From Pseudolabrys sp. (GTDB taxonomy: Bacteria; Pseudomonadota; Alphaproteobacteria; Rhizobiales; Xanthobacteraceae): a DNA stretch of 64,000 nt. Shown one piece after another: positions 19,217-27,874 of this stretch; positions within the stretch are counted from its first letter, which is position 1, and every line of letters begins with the position of its first letter. The notes under the pieces were generated by a model, which was not told where the DNA came from, did not search any database, and worked only from the letters and a program-made list of their open reading frames with translations. The stretch spans positions 44,933 through 108,932 of the forward strand of contig DATJVE010000017.1 of NCBI GenBank assembly GCA_035501975.1, written 5' to 3'. The position numbers were made by a program, and so were the translations under genes.

Positions 19217-20575
19217 ATGAATCCGCTTACGAGCCCCCTGCTCACCGACCTCTATCAACTGAACATGATCCAGGCCTATCTGGACCATGGCGAGACCAAG
19301 ACGGCGGTCTTCGAATTTTTTGTCCGCAAATTCCCACCGCGGCGGGGATTCTTGATCGCCGTCGGACTCCAACAGGTCTTGGATTTTCTCGAAAACCTGA
19401 GCTTCTCGCCTGAAGAGATCGACTGGCTCGCCCGTACGCACCGGTTCGACAATGGATTGCTCGACCGCCTTGCCGGCTTTCGCTTCACCGGTGACGTGCA
19501 CGCCATGCCGGAAGGCCGCGTGTTCTTCGCCAATGAGCCCATTTTGCGCGTCACTGCACCGATGCCGCAAGCGCAGCTGGTCGAGACTAGACTGATCAAT
19601 ATTGTGCATTTCCAGACGCTCATCGCGACCAAAGCCGCGCGCATGGTGCTGGCTGCGCCCGGCAAGCTCATGGTCGATTTCGGCCTGCGCCGTTCACACG
19701 GCGCTGAAGCCGGTCTCATGGCCGCCCGCGCCAGTTACATCGCCGGCTTCGCGGGTACCGCGACCGTGTTGGCCGAGGAGCAGTTCGGCATCCCAACATT
19801 CGGTACGATGGCCCACTCCTTCGTCGAAGCTTACGACACTGAAAGCGCAGCCTTCGAATCCTTCGCGCGCTCGCGTCCACAGAACCTCACGCTGCTCATC
19901 GATACCTATGATACCGAAGCGGCGGCGAGGAAAGTGGTCGCGCTGGCTCCCCGCCTCGCCGCGCGCGGCATCAAGATCCGGGCGGTGCGGCTGGACAGCG
20001 GCGATCTTATTGCCTTGTCGAGAAACGTCCGCCGCATCCTGGACGACGGTGGACTTGCCGACGTGACCATTTTTGCCAGCGGCGGATTGGATGAGGACTA
20101 CGTTGCCGAAATTGTCCGAGCCGATGCACCGATCGATGGCTTTGGTCTCGGCACCAGTCTGACGACCTCGTCGGATGTTCCGGCACTCGACTGCGCCTAT
20201 AAGCTTCAGGAATATGCCGGCTTGGCGCGGCGCAAACGCTCGACTGGCAAGGCGACGTGGCCGGGGCGCAAGCAGGTTTGGCGTCATTACGGGGCGGACG
20301 GCCGCATCTCTGGCGATGTTCTGTCGCTCGAATCTGACGCCCAAGTCGGCGAGCCGCTGATCGAGCTTGTGATGAAGGACGGCCGGCGCCTCGGACCAAC
20401 GCCTGCCCTCGCCGAGATCCGGGCGCGGGCCGCGCATGATCTCGAGCGCCTGCCGGAGCCACTGCGCGACCTCGTCCCGGGGGCAACGTGTCCCGTCGAC
20501 ACTGCGGATTCGCTTATTCGCCTTGCTGCCGAGGTCGACAAGCGCCTGGCGCAGCACGACCATGCGTTAGCGTGA
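19217..20575 (+). CDS. pncB: Nicotinate phosphoribosyltransferase
   Basis: LLTDLYQLNM, DFGLRRSHG, GTMAHS, LIDTYD, VRLDSGD, ASGGLDE. Confidence 0.95.
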   Translation: MNPLTSPLLTDLYQLNMIQAYLDHGETKTAVFEFFVRKFPPRRGFLIAVGLQQVLDFLENLSFSPEEIDWLARTHRFDNGLLDRLAGFRFTGDVHAMPEGRVFFANEPILRVTAPMPQAQLVETRLINIVHFQTLIATKAARMVLAAPGKLMVDFGLRRSHGAEAGLMAARASYIAGFAGTATVLAEEQFGIPTFGTMAHSFVEAYDTESAAFESFARSRPQNLTLLIDTYDTEAAARKVVALAPRLAARGIKIRAVRLDSGDLIALSRNVRRILDDGGLADVTIFASGGLDEDYVAEIVRADAPIDGFGLGTSLTTSSDVPALDCAYKLQEYAGLARRKRSTGKATWPGRKQVWRHYGADGRISGDVLSLESDAQVGEPLIELVMKDGRRLGPTPALAEIRARAAHDLERLPEPLRDLVPGATCPVDTADSLIRLAAEVDKRLAQHDHALA

Positions 20576-20627
20576 TTGAAGTGCTACGGCAACAGCGTTC
20601 GATTTCTACAAAATCTGCTTGGCGGCG

Positions 20628-22349
20628 TTAAGCTGCTCGGCGCGCCAACAATTTCTTCAAATCAGTCAGTGATCGCGTGTTGATCACGTCGTCGGCAGTC
20701 AACCAGCCGCGCCGCGCTTGATCGATGCCGAAGCGGATGTATTGGTAGTGGTTGGCCGAATGCGCGTCGGTTGAAATCGCGACCTTGACGCCTTTGCTCT
20801 TGGCGGCGTGGGCATGGATATCGTTCAGGTCCAATCGATTCGGCTCGGCGTTGATTTCCAAATAGCAGCCAAACTCATGCGCGGCGGCAATGACCCGTTC
20901 CATGTCGATCTCGTAGGGCTCGCGCTCGCCGATAAGACGGCCGGTCGGATGTCCGATGATCGAGACGTGGCGGTTCTGCATGGCGCGCACGACGCGCTCG
21001 GTCTGCGCTTCGCGTGGAAGATCAAAGAACGAGTGTACCGAAGCCACCACCACGTCCAGCTTTTCGAGCGTCGAATCAGGCAGATCGAGGCTACCGTTCT
21101 TGAGAATATCGATCTCGATGCCCTTGAGGATGGTGAAACCCTTGAACTTGGCATTGAGCTTGTCGATTTCGCGGATCTGCCGCGCCACGCGCGGCGGGTC
21201 GAGCCCATGCGCCATGGCAACGCGCCGGCTGTGATCGGTAAGCGCCATATATTCGTAGCCGCGCGCCTGCGCCGCGGCCGCCATGGCTTCGATGCTGGCG
21301 GTGCCGTCGGTCCAGTCGGAGTGTACGTGCAGATCGCCGCGAATATCCGAGACGGCTACCAGGCGCGGCAGCTCGCCTGCCTTGGCAAGCGCGACTTCGC
21401 CGCGATCCTCACGCAGTTCCGGCGGGATATAGGCAAGGCCGAGCTTATCGTAGATCTCTTCCTCGGTGGCGCCGGCAATCCGCCGTTTGCCGGAAAACAG
21501 CCCATATTCGTTAAGCTTCCAGTCGCGGTCATTGGCAAGGCCGCGCAGCGCGATGTTGTGCGCCTTGGACCCGGTGAAATAGAGCAGCGCCGCGCCGTAG
21601 CTTTGTTCCGGCACGGCGCGGACGTCGACCTGCAGGCCGGAGCGCAGCATGACGGTCGTACGCGTCGGGCCGTGGGCGAGAACTTCTGCGACATTCTCAT
21701 ATTGCACTAACTTGTCGCCGACCGCCGCCCCGTGCTTCGACGTGACCAGGACGTCGAGGTCGCCCACCGTATCGCGGCGGCGGCGATAGCTGCCGGCTAC
21801 GATGACGCGACCACCGTCACGCAGAAACGCGACAAGCGCTTCGGCTTCGGCTTCGGCCACGGCGAGCTTGAAGCGCCTCTCGACCACCGGCTTTTCCAGC
21901 GCAGCGGCAAGTTTCTTTTCCATAGTCGGGCCAAATCCGCGCAGCTTTTGCAGCCGCCCGCCTTTGATGGCGCGACGCAGATCATCGAGCGTGCGGACTT
22001 TGAGCTTGTCATAGAGCAGCCTGACCCGTTTCGGGCCAAGACCCGGAAGCGCCGCCATATCGCCCAACTCGCCGGGGAGCTTCTTTTTCAGTGAATCCAG
22101 CAGTGCGAAATGCCCGGTCTTGACGATATCGGCGATCTTGCCAGCCAGATCCTTGCCAATCCCCGGGAGTTCCGTGAGGTCCTTTTCCGCCGACAGCAGG
22201 CTCCTGACGCTTTGCGGCAAGCCTTCGACCGTGCGGGCCGCTCGGTGATAGGCACGCACACGAAACTGGTTCTCGCCTTTAAATTCCAGCAAGTCGGCGG
22301 TCTGATCAAACATCGCCGCGATTTCGGCATTTTGTACCGGCATCGCCAT
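20628..22349 (-). CDS. polX: DNA polymerase X / PHP 3'-5' exonuclease
   Basis: HhH PGIGK and PGLGPK, AGSYRR, GDLDVLV, YFTGSKAHN, PHP motifs DLHVHS, TDHS, GHPTGR, STDAH. Confidence 0.95.
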   Translation of the reverse strand: MAMPVQNAEIAAMFDQTADLLEFKGENQFRVRAYHRAARTVEGLPQSVRSLLSAEKDLTELPGIGKDLAGKIADIVKTGHFALLDSLKKKLPGELGDMAALPGLGPKRVRLLYDKLKVRTLDDLRRAIKGGRLQKLRGFGPTMEKKLAAALEKPVVERRFKLAVAEAEAEALVAFLRDGGRVIVAGSYRRRRDTVGDLDVLVTSKHGAAVGDKLVQYENVAEVLAHGPTRTTVMLRSGLQVDVRAVPEQSYGAALLYFTGSKAHNIALRGLANDRDWKLNEYGLFSGKRRIAGATEEEIYDKLGLAYIPPELREDRGEVALAKAGELPRLVAVSDIRGDLHVHSDWTDGTASIEAMAAAAQARGYEYMALTDHSRRVAMAHGLDPPRVARQIREIDKLNAKFKGFTILKGIEIDILKNGSLDLPDSTLEKLDVVVASVHSFFDLPREAQTERVVRAMQNRHVSIIGHPTGRLIGEREPYEIDMERVIAAAHEFGCYLEINAEPNRLDLNDIHAHAAKSKGVKVAISTDAHSANHYQYIRFGIDQARRGWLTADDVINTRSLTDLKKLLARRAA

Positions 22350-22417
22350 GAGCCTTGTATTGGCAATCGTGCGTTACAATCGCAATTTCCTCGTAGCTGC
22401 GTTTGAAGTGGCCCGCC

Positions 22418-22431
22418 TTGATCCAAATCAC
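22418..22431. promoter_or_regulatory. FNR/FixK-like box upstream of polX
   Basis: TTGATccaaATCAC, one mismatch. Confidence 0.6.
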
Positions 22432-22589
22432 GGATTTTGCTTTGTCAGCTCAACGACGAGTACCCTTTCGGGCAGACAAGATTTTCATCCCCACGACCCG
22501 CGAGGCGTCAGATTATTGACGCGCTCGCCGACTGCGAAACCTTGCGAGTCGTAATTCGCTAGTCTTCGGGTCCACGTTTCGTCGCCCGA

Positions 22590-23783
22590 TTACGGCTGCG
22601 ACGTTTTGCTCCGTCGCGCGCGAATAAGTAACGGTCCAAACGAAGCGGCAAAGGCGAAATAGGCGAAAACCCAAGTCCCCGCTGCGACATGGAGGAGTGG
22701 GTCGCTAAGGGCAGGATGCAGTGACGCGCAGATGCGCGCCAGCGCGGCGATGACAATGGCGGCATAGATTGCCTGCGTGACCGGCGAAGCGGTGAGCGTG
22801 CTGCCGGTGTGCCCGAGGCTGGCGCGCGTCATCACCGCGAGCGTCATCGTGCCGGCCGCGCCGACCGTCCAGGCATGCGTGCCGATGTCGCCCGTAACGA
22901 CGCCGAGCGCCGCGGCGCCGGCGAACAGAAACCCGAGCGCCACGAAGGCATAGCCAACGTGCAGGATCAAGACCAGCCGGTCGCGCCAGGTGCGGTCTCC
23001 CGCCCAACGCGCCAGGCGCACGATATGCAGCACGCCGGCGGCAATGAGCGCAACGGCGGCTATTCTGCCGGCCGGCTGCACGATCCACAGCGCCAATACG
23101 GCAGCACTGAATGAAATGATCGCACCGTCGAATTTTCCGAACGGCACCGGAAGTCGGCCTGGATTTTCGTGCGCCAGCCAATTGCGGGTGAAACTGGGAA
23201 CGATGCGGCCGCCGATCACCGCGATCAGCAACACGATGGCAGCAATGCCGATGCGGGCGCTATATTCGGCGCTGCCCTGAAAATGCGCCTCGAGATGAAA
23301 CGCGATATTGCCGGCGAGCAGCAACGTGACCATGGCGACAACCCGAAGATTTCGCCAATTGCTGCCGGCGATAATCTCGCGTGCCGTCGCGGCCACCACC
23401 AGGACGAGGAAACTCACGTCCACGATCGCCGCCGGCAGCCAGCCGATCGCGGCGGAGAACGTGACCGCCAGCCGGCCGGCGAGCCAAACCAGGACCAGCA
23501 GTAGCAACGGCATGCCCTGGATCGGCAGCCGCCCGGTCCAGTTCGGGATCGCCGTCAACAGAAATCCGGTCACTACCGCCGGCAGAAAACCGTAGAGCAT
23601 CTCATGCACATGCCAGTCGATGGGGCCGAAGGCCGTCGACACCGCGAGTTCGCCATTGAAGATCGGCAACCATGCCGCTACGGCGAGTCCGGCCTGGATG
23701 GCGCCGAACAGGAAAAACGGCCGGAAGCCGTAGGACAACAATGTGGGACCGCGGTAATCGCGCAGCCGGGGAACCGGAGTCAT
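22590..23783 (-). CDS. nnrS: NnrS family membrane protein
   Basis: GFRPFFL, WHVHEMLYG, GFLLTAIPNWTG, GGRIVPSFTRNWL, MTRASLGHTG. Confidence 0.95.
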   Translation of the reverse strand: MTPVPRLRDYRGPTLLSYGFRPFFLFGAIQAGLAVAAWLPIFNGELAVSTAFGPIDWHVHEMLYGFLPAVVTGFLLTAIPNWTGRLPIQGMPLLLLVLVWLAGRLAVTFSAAIGWLPAAIVDVSFLVLVVAATAREIIAGSNWRNLRVVAMVTLLLAGNIAFHLEAHFQGSAEYSARIGIAAIVLLIAVIGGRIVPSFTRNWLAHENPGRLPVPFGKFDGAIISFSAAVLALWIVQPAGRIAAVALIAAGVLHIVRLARWAGDRTWRDRLVLILHVGYAFVALGFLFAGAAALGVVTGDIGTHAWTVGAAGTMTLAVMTRASLGHTGSTLTASPVTQAIYAAIVIAALARICASLHPALSDPLLHVAAGTWVFAYFAFAASFGPLLIRARRSKTSQP

Positions 23784-23798
23784 CGCGCCTCCACGCCG

Positions 23799-24074
23799 CT
23801 ATTCGCGCAGCGCATGTTCGAGCGCGCGCTTGATGCAAGTCGCGCCGGGATCTTGCGAACGGTTGAGCAGGCCCATCAGCGTGAGCCACTCCTCATCGGA
23901 GGCCTCGCTGGCGTAGCGTTGCACCGATTGCGTCACGAAAGGACCAAGCTCGAGTCCGTCGGCGGCGGCCAGCTCCCGCGCCGCGGCCAGCAATTTCAGG
24001 TCGCCCGCGCCCATAATCGTTTCGAGCGCCGTCGCTTCGTCGGTCAGGCTGGTCATCAGGTCGCCGAGCATCAC
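23799..24074 (-). CDS. Small hypothetical protein of the nar operon
   Basis: Co-oriented and tightly spaced between the PPIase gene and nnrS. Confidence 0.7.
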   Translation of the reverse strand: MMLGDLMTSLTDEATALETIMGAGDLKLLAAARELAAADGLELGPFVTQSVQRYASEASDEEWLTLMGLLNRSQDPGATCIKRALEHALRE

Positions 24075-24080
24075 TGCCTC

Positions 24081-24914
24081 TCAATGCACGCGGAGCGCGT
24101 CGGCGCCGGCGAGATCGACGCCCTCGATCCGCGCCGCCGATACCAGCCGCGCGACGTATTGCGCATCCGCCCGCTGCCGCACGCTGTCGCGCAAGTAGTC
24201 GGCGATGCGGCCGGCAACCACCTCATAGGGCAAGGTCCGGCCCGCATGCTTGCGGTCGAGCCGGATGATGTGGAAGCCGTAGCGCGTCGCGACCGGCGCG
24301 TCGCACATTTGGCCGGGCTCAAGCGCGACGAGGGCCTCTTCGAATTCCGGCGTCGTCTGCCCGGCCGTGATCTGGCCGAGGTTGCCGCCCTGCGCCGCCG
24401 ACGGGCAACGCGAATGGGCTTGCGCCAACATGGCAAAAGCCTCGGGGCGCTCGGCGAGTGCGGCCAACACGCCGACGGCATCGGCGCGCGCCTGTGCATA
24501 GGCCTCGCGGTCGGCGGGAACGGCGGTAAACAGGATATGCGAGGCTTCATAGATATCGGGCGAGCGGAACCGCGCGCGGTTCTGCTCGTAGTAGCGTCGG
24601 CAGGTAGTGTCGTCCGGTTCGGGAACGCTGACCTCGCGCTCGATCAGGCCGCGGATGATCGCCTCTTCCTCGGTCTCGCGGCGCCCCTCTCCGTCGCTCA
24701 GCGGCTCCGGCGCGATGGCGAGACGGCGCGCTTCCTGCAAGAGCAGCTCGCGAATCACTAGGGCGCACGCGGCCTGCTGCCAGGCCGCGATCGGCTTCGT
24801 CGCCGCGTGATGCTGCATTTCGCGCTGGATCGCGTCGCGCGCGATCGCGACGCCGTTGACGCTCACGGTTACCGGCTTTCCGGCGGGAAATTGCACGTGG
24901 ACCGAGCAACTCAT
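24081..24914 (-). CDS. PpiC-type peptidyl-prolyl isomerase associated with nitrate reductase
   Basis: VSVNGV, YEASHIL, CPSAAQGGNLGQ, TRYGFHII; ATG overlaps the narI stop (ATGA). Confidence 0.9.
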   Translation of the reverse strand: MSCSVHVQFPAGKPVTVSVNGVAIARDAIQREMQHHAATKPIAAWQQAACALVIRELLLQEARRLAIAPEPLSDGEGRRETEEEAIIRGLIEREVSVPEPDDTTCRRYYEQNRARFRSPDIYEASHILFTAVPADREAYAQARADAVGVLAALAERPEAFAMLAQAHSRCPSAAQGGNLGQITAGQTTPEFEEALVALEPGQMCDAPVATRYGFHIIRLDRKHAGRTLPYEVVAGRIADYLRDSVRQRADAQYVARLVSAARIEGVDLAGADALRVH

Positions 24915-25630
24915 CGCTGCGCCTCCGCACCGAGCGCGCCGTTCACGCGCCGCGTGCGCACTACTTGATAGCCCCGCCGGCCGACATACCAGATCGGTGC
25001 ACTCCACACGTGCACCAGGCGAGTGAAGGGGAACAGCAGAAAGATCGTCATGCCGAGCGTAAGGTGGATCTTGAAGATCAGCGGCACGCCAAGGATCAGC
25101 GCCGAGACATCCGGCCGCAGCAGCAGGACGCCCTGCGCCCAGGTCATGAACGTCACCATCACATGACCGTCGAGATGCTGCAGCGAGATATAGATGGTGC
25201 ACAGACCCAGCGTGAGTTGAGCATAGAGGATGAGCAGGATCGCGATGTCGCCGAACGACGAGGTAGTGCGAATGCGCGCGTCGAACAAGCGGCGATGCAC
25301 GAGCAGCGTGATGCCGATGAAACACATGATGCCGGCCACGCCGCCGACGCCGATCGCCATCCACTGCTTGAAAGTGTGCGAGATGCCGAGCGCCTCGAAG
25401 ATCCAGATCGGCGTCAGCAGGCCGCCGAAATGGCCGAGGAAAATGATCAGGATGCCGACATGGAACAGATTCGAGCCCCAAGTCAGCTGCCGGCGCCGCA
25501 ACAGCTGGCTCGAGCCGCTGCGCCAAGTGTACTGCTCGCGGTCGAAACGCAACACGCTGCCGAGCAGGAAAACGGTCAGGCAGAGGTAGGGGTACCAGCC
25601 AAAGACGATGTAGTTGATCAGTTCATTCAT
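24911..25630 (-). CDS. narI: Respiratory nitrate reductase gamma subunit
   Basis: YPY, RFDREQYTWRSGSSQ, FHVGI, GHFGGLLTP, FPFTRLVHVWS. Confidence 0.96.
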   Translation of the reverse strand: MNELINYIVFGWYPYLCLTVFLLGSVLRFDREQYTWRSGSSQLLRRRQLTWGSNLFHVGILIIFLGHFGGLLTPIWIFEALGISHTFKQWMAIGVGGVAGIMCFIGITLLVHRRLFDARIRTTSSFGDIAILLILYAQLTLGLCTIYISLQHLDGHVMVTFMTWAQGVLLLRPDVSALILGVPLIFKIHLTLGMTIFLLFPFTRLVHVWSAPIWYVGRRGYQVVRTRRVNGALGAEAQR

Positions 25631-25640
25631 GACCCTGCCC

Positions 25641-26354
25641 TCATTGACGTGTGCGCGTCGCGGCCGGCATGCCTGGCGCCGGCCGCAAACCGCCACGAAC
25701 GCGCGCGATCAGGCCGTCCTTGCAGCCGTCGTTGGCGCCCGGACCGAAGCGGACCTCTTCGTCCTCCCAAGCGGCGTCGAGCGTCGCCAAGTCGTTTGCA
25801 TCCACATCGGGGAACGCGAGCAATGCCGAAATCTCATCGGCCTTCGGCGCGACCGCCGAAAGCGCGACCAGCGCGCGGAACACCGCCTCGTAGGCCGAAC
25901 GACGCTTGCGCAGCCGTTCCGCCAGCGCGGCGAAAATGTGCGCCGGCTGCGCCAGCGTGTCGCGCGCCTCCGTCGCCGGCAGCGTCGAGACATATTCCAG
26001 GAACAGCGGCAGGAAATCCGGCAGTTCGGATGAATCGAGCTCCAAACCGGCTTTTTCGTATTGCGCCTTGAGGTCGACCATAGCCTGGCCGCGGTCGCGG
26101 CTCTCGCCGTGCACGTGTTCAAACAGCTGCAGGGACAAGGAGCGCGTACGGTCGAACAGTAGCACATAGCGCTCTTGCAGATCGTAGAGATCGCCGCTGG
26201 CCAATTCGCGTAGCAGCCGGTGCAACTGATCGCGCACCGGCATAGTCAAAGCAGGCTCGCTTTCGATTGCCTCGCTGATCTCGCCGGCCGCCTGTTGCAG
26301 CTCCGCGCTCGGATAGGTCAGCAGCGCCGAGAGCGCCTTCAGTGCCCTGATCAT
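25641..26354 (-). CDS. narJ: Nitrate reductase Mo-cofactor assembly chaperone
   Basis: LLTYP, LFDRTRSLSL, FEHVHGESRDRGQAM, ELPDFLPLFLE. Confidence 0.95.
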   Translation of the reverse strand: MIRALKALSALLTYPSAELQQAAGEISEAIESEPALTMPVRDQLHRLLRELASGDLYDLQERYVLLFDRTRSLSLQLFEHVHGESRDRGQAMVDLKAQYEKAGLELDSSELPDFLPLFLEYVSTLPATEARDTLAQPAHIFAALAERLRKRRSAYEAVFRALVALSAVAPKADEISALLAFPDVDANDLATLDAAWEDEEVRFGPGANDGCKDGLIARVRGGLRPAPGMPAATRTRQ

Positions 26355-27874
26355 CACGCAACCTCCATCGGAGTCTTGGCGCGCTTTGGTGTGCCGAACA
26401 GATTGGCTTCGCTGGTGCCGCCCGAGCAGCCGTTGCCGAACGAAAAGCCACACGAACCGCGCAGGTCGTAGGCGTCTTCGTTGGTTTCGCGATGCGCGGT
26501 CGGGATGACAAAACGATCCTCATAATTGGCGATCGCCATAGTCTGGTACATCTCTTCGATCGCGAGCGCGCTGAGGCCCACGCGCTTGGCGATTCCCTCG
26601 TCGATCACGCCATCGACGGTCTTCGCCCGCATATAGGCGCGCATCGCCAGCATGCGTTCGAGCCCGAGCGCCACCGGCTCTTCCTTGCCCGCGGTCAGGA
26701 GGTTGGCGAGGTATTTGAGCGGGATACGCAACGAGCGCACGTCCGGCATTTCGCCGTCGTGGCCGATCTTGCCGGCCTGGGCCGCCGATTGAATCGGCGA
26801 CAGCGGCGGCACGTACCAGACCATCGGGAGCGTGCGGTATTCGGGATGCAGCGGGAACGCGACCTTCCACTCCATCGCCATTTTCCAGATTGGCGAACGT
26901 CGCGCCCCTTCCAGCCAGTTCTCGGCGATCCCGTCGGCGCGCGCCTGCGCAATCACCTTCGGGTCCTTCGGATCGAGGAAAATCGACAGCTGCGCCTCGT
27001 AGAGGTCCCGCTCGTCCTTGGCGCTCGCCGCCTCCTCGATGCGGTCGGCGTCATAGAGCACGACGCCGAGATAGCGGATGCGCCCGACACAGGTTTCCGA
27101 GCATACCGTCGGCTGGCCCGCCTCGATACGCGGGTAGCACATGATGCACTTCTCGGATTTTCCGCTCGACCAGTTGTAATAGACCTTCTTGTAGGGGCAA
27201 CCGGAGACGCACATGCGCCAGCCGCGGCACTTGTCCTGGTCGATCAGTACGATGCCGTCTTCCTCGCGCTTGTAGATCGCGCCAGACGGACAGGCGGCGA
27301 CGCAAGCCGGGTTGAGGCAGTGCTCGCACAGCCGCGGCAGATACATCATGAAGGTGTTTTCGAACTGCCCGTAGATGTCCTTCTGCACGCCCTCGAAGTT
27401 GTAATCCTGCGAACGCTTGGCGAACTCGCCGCCGAGGATTTCCTCCCAGTTCGGGCCCCACTCGATCTTCTCCATGCGCTCGCCCGAGATCAGCGAACGC
27501 GGGCGCGCGGTCGGCATCGCCGTCATTTCCGGCGATTTCTGCAGGTGCTCGTAGTCGAAGGTGAATGGCTCGTAGTAGTCGTCGATCTCCGGCAGATCGG
27601 GATTGGCGAAGATATTGGCCAGCACCCGCCATTTCGAACCGATGCGCGGCTCGATCTTGCCGTTCCGCTTGCGGCGCCAGCCGCCGCTCCAGCGCTTCTG
27701 GTTTTCCCAATCTTTTGGATAGCCGATGCCTGGTTTGGTCTCGACGTTGTTGAACCATGCGTATTCCATGCCTTCCCGGCTGGTCCACACGTTCTTGCAG
27801 GTGACCGAACAGGTGTGGCACCCGATGCACTTGTCGAGATTGAGCACCATCGCGATTTGCGCGCGGACTTTCAT
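26354..27874 (-). CDS. narH: Respiratory nitrate reductase beta subunit
   Basis: MKVRAQIAMVLNLDKCIGCHTCSVTCKNVW, LCEHCLNPAC, CRGWRMCVSGCPY. Confidence 0.97.
   Translation of the reverse strand: MKVRAQIAMVLNLDKCIGCHTCSVTCKNVWTSREGMEYAWFNNVETKPGIGYPKDWENQKRWSGGWRRKRNGKIEPRIGSKWRVLANIFANPDLPEIDDYYEPFTFDYEHLQKSPEMTAMPTARPRSLISGERMEKIEWGPNWEEILGGEFAKRSQDYNFEGVQKDIYGQFENTFMMYLPRLCEHCLNPACVAACPSGAIYKREEDGIVLIDQDKCRGWRMCVSGCPYKKVYYNWSSGKSEKCIMCYPRIEAGQPTVCSETCVGRIRYLGVVLYDADRIEEAASAKDERDLYEAQLSIFLDPKDPKVIAQARADGIAENWLEGARRSPIWKMAMEWKVAFPLHPEYRTLPMVWYVPPLSPIQSAAQAGKIGHDGEMPDVRSLRIPLKYLANLLTAGKEEPVALGLERMLAMRAYMRAKTVDGVIDEGIAKRVGLSALAIEEMYQTMAIANYEDRFVIPTAHRETNEDAYDLRGSCGFSFGNGCSGGTSEANLFGTPKRAKTPMEVA

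Noticed and set aside
6875-22349. Anti-phage defence island interpretation of RtcB, PolX, Lon, PRTase and 2H genes
   Set aside because: No nuclease, toxin, CRISPR, restriction-modification or retron component seen, and the pervasive FNR boxes point to oxygen control; cannot be fully excluded
24081-25526. 481-aa ORF suggesting a long N-terminal extension on the PPIase
   Set aside because: The extension overlaps narI out of frame; the real start is the ATG at 24914 coupled to the narI stop. The same applies to the track extensions of ald, narH, padCD, the OFOR subunits and pepN
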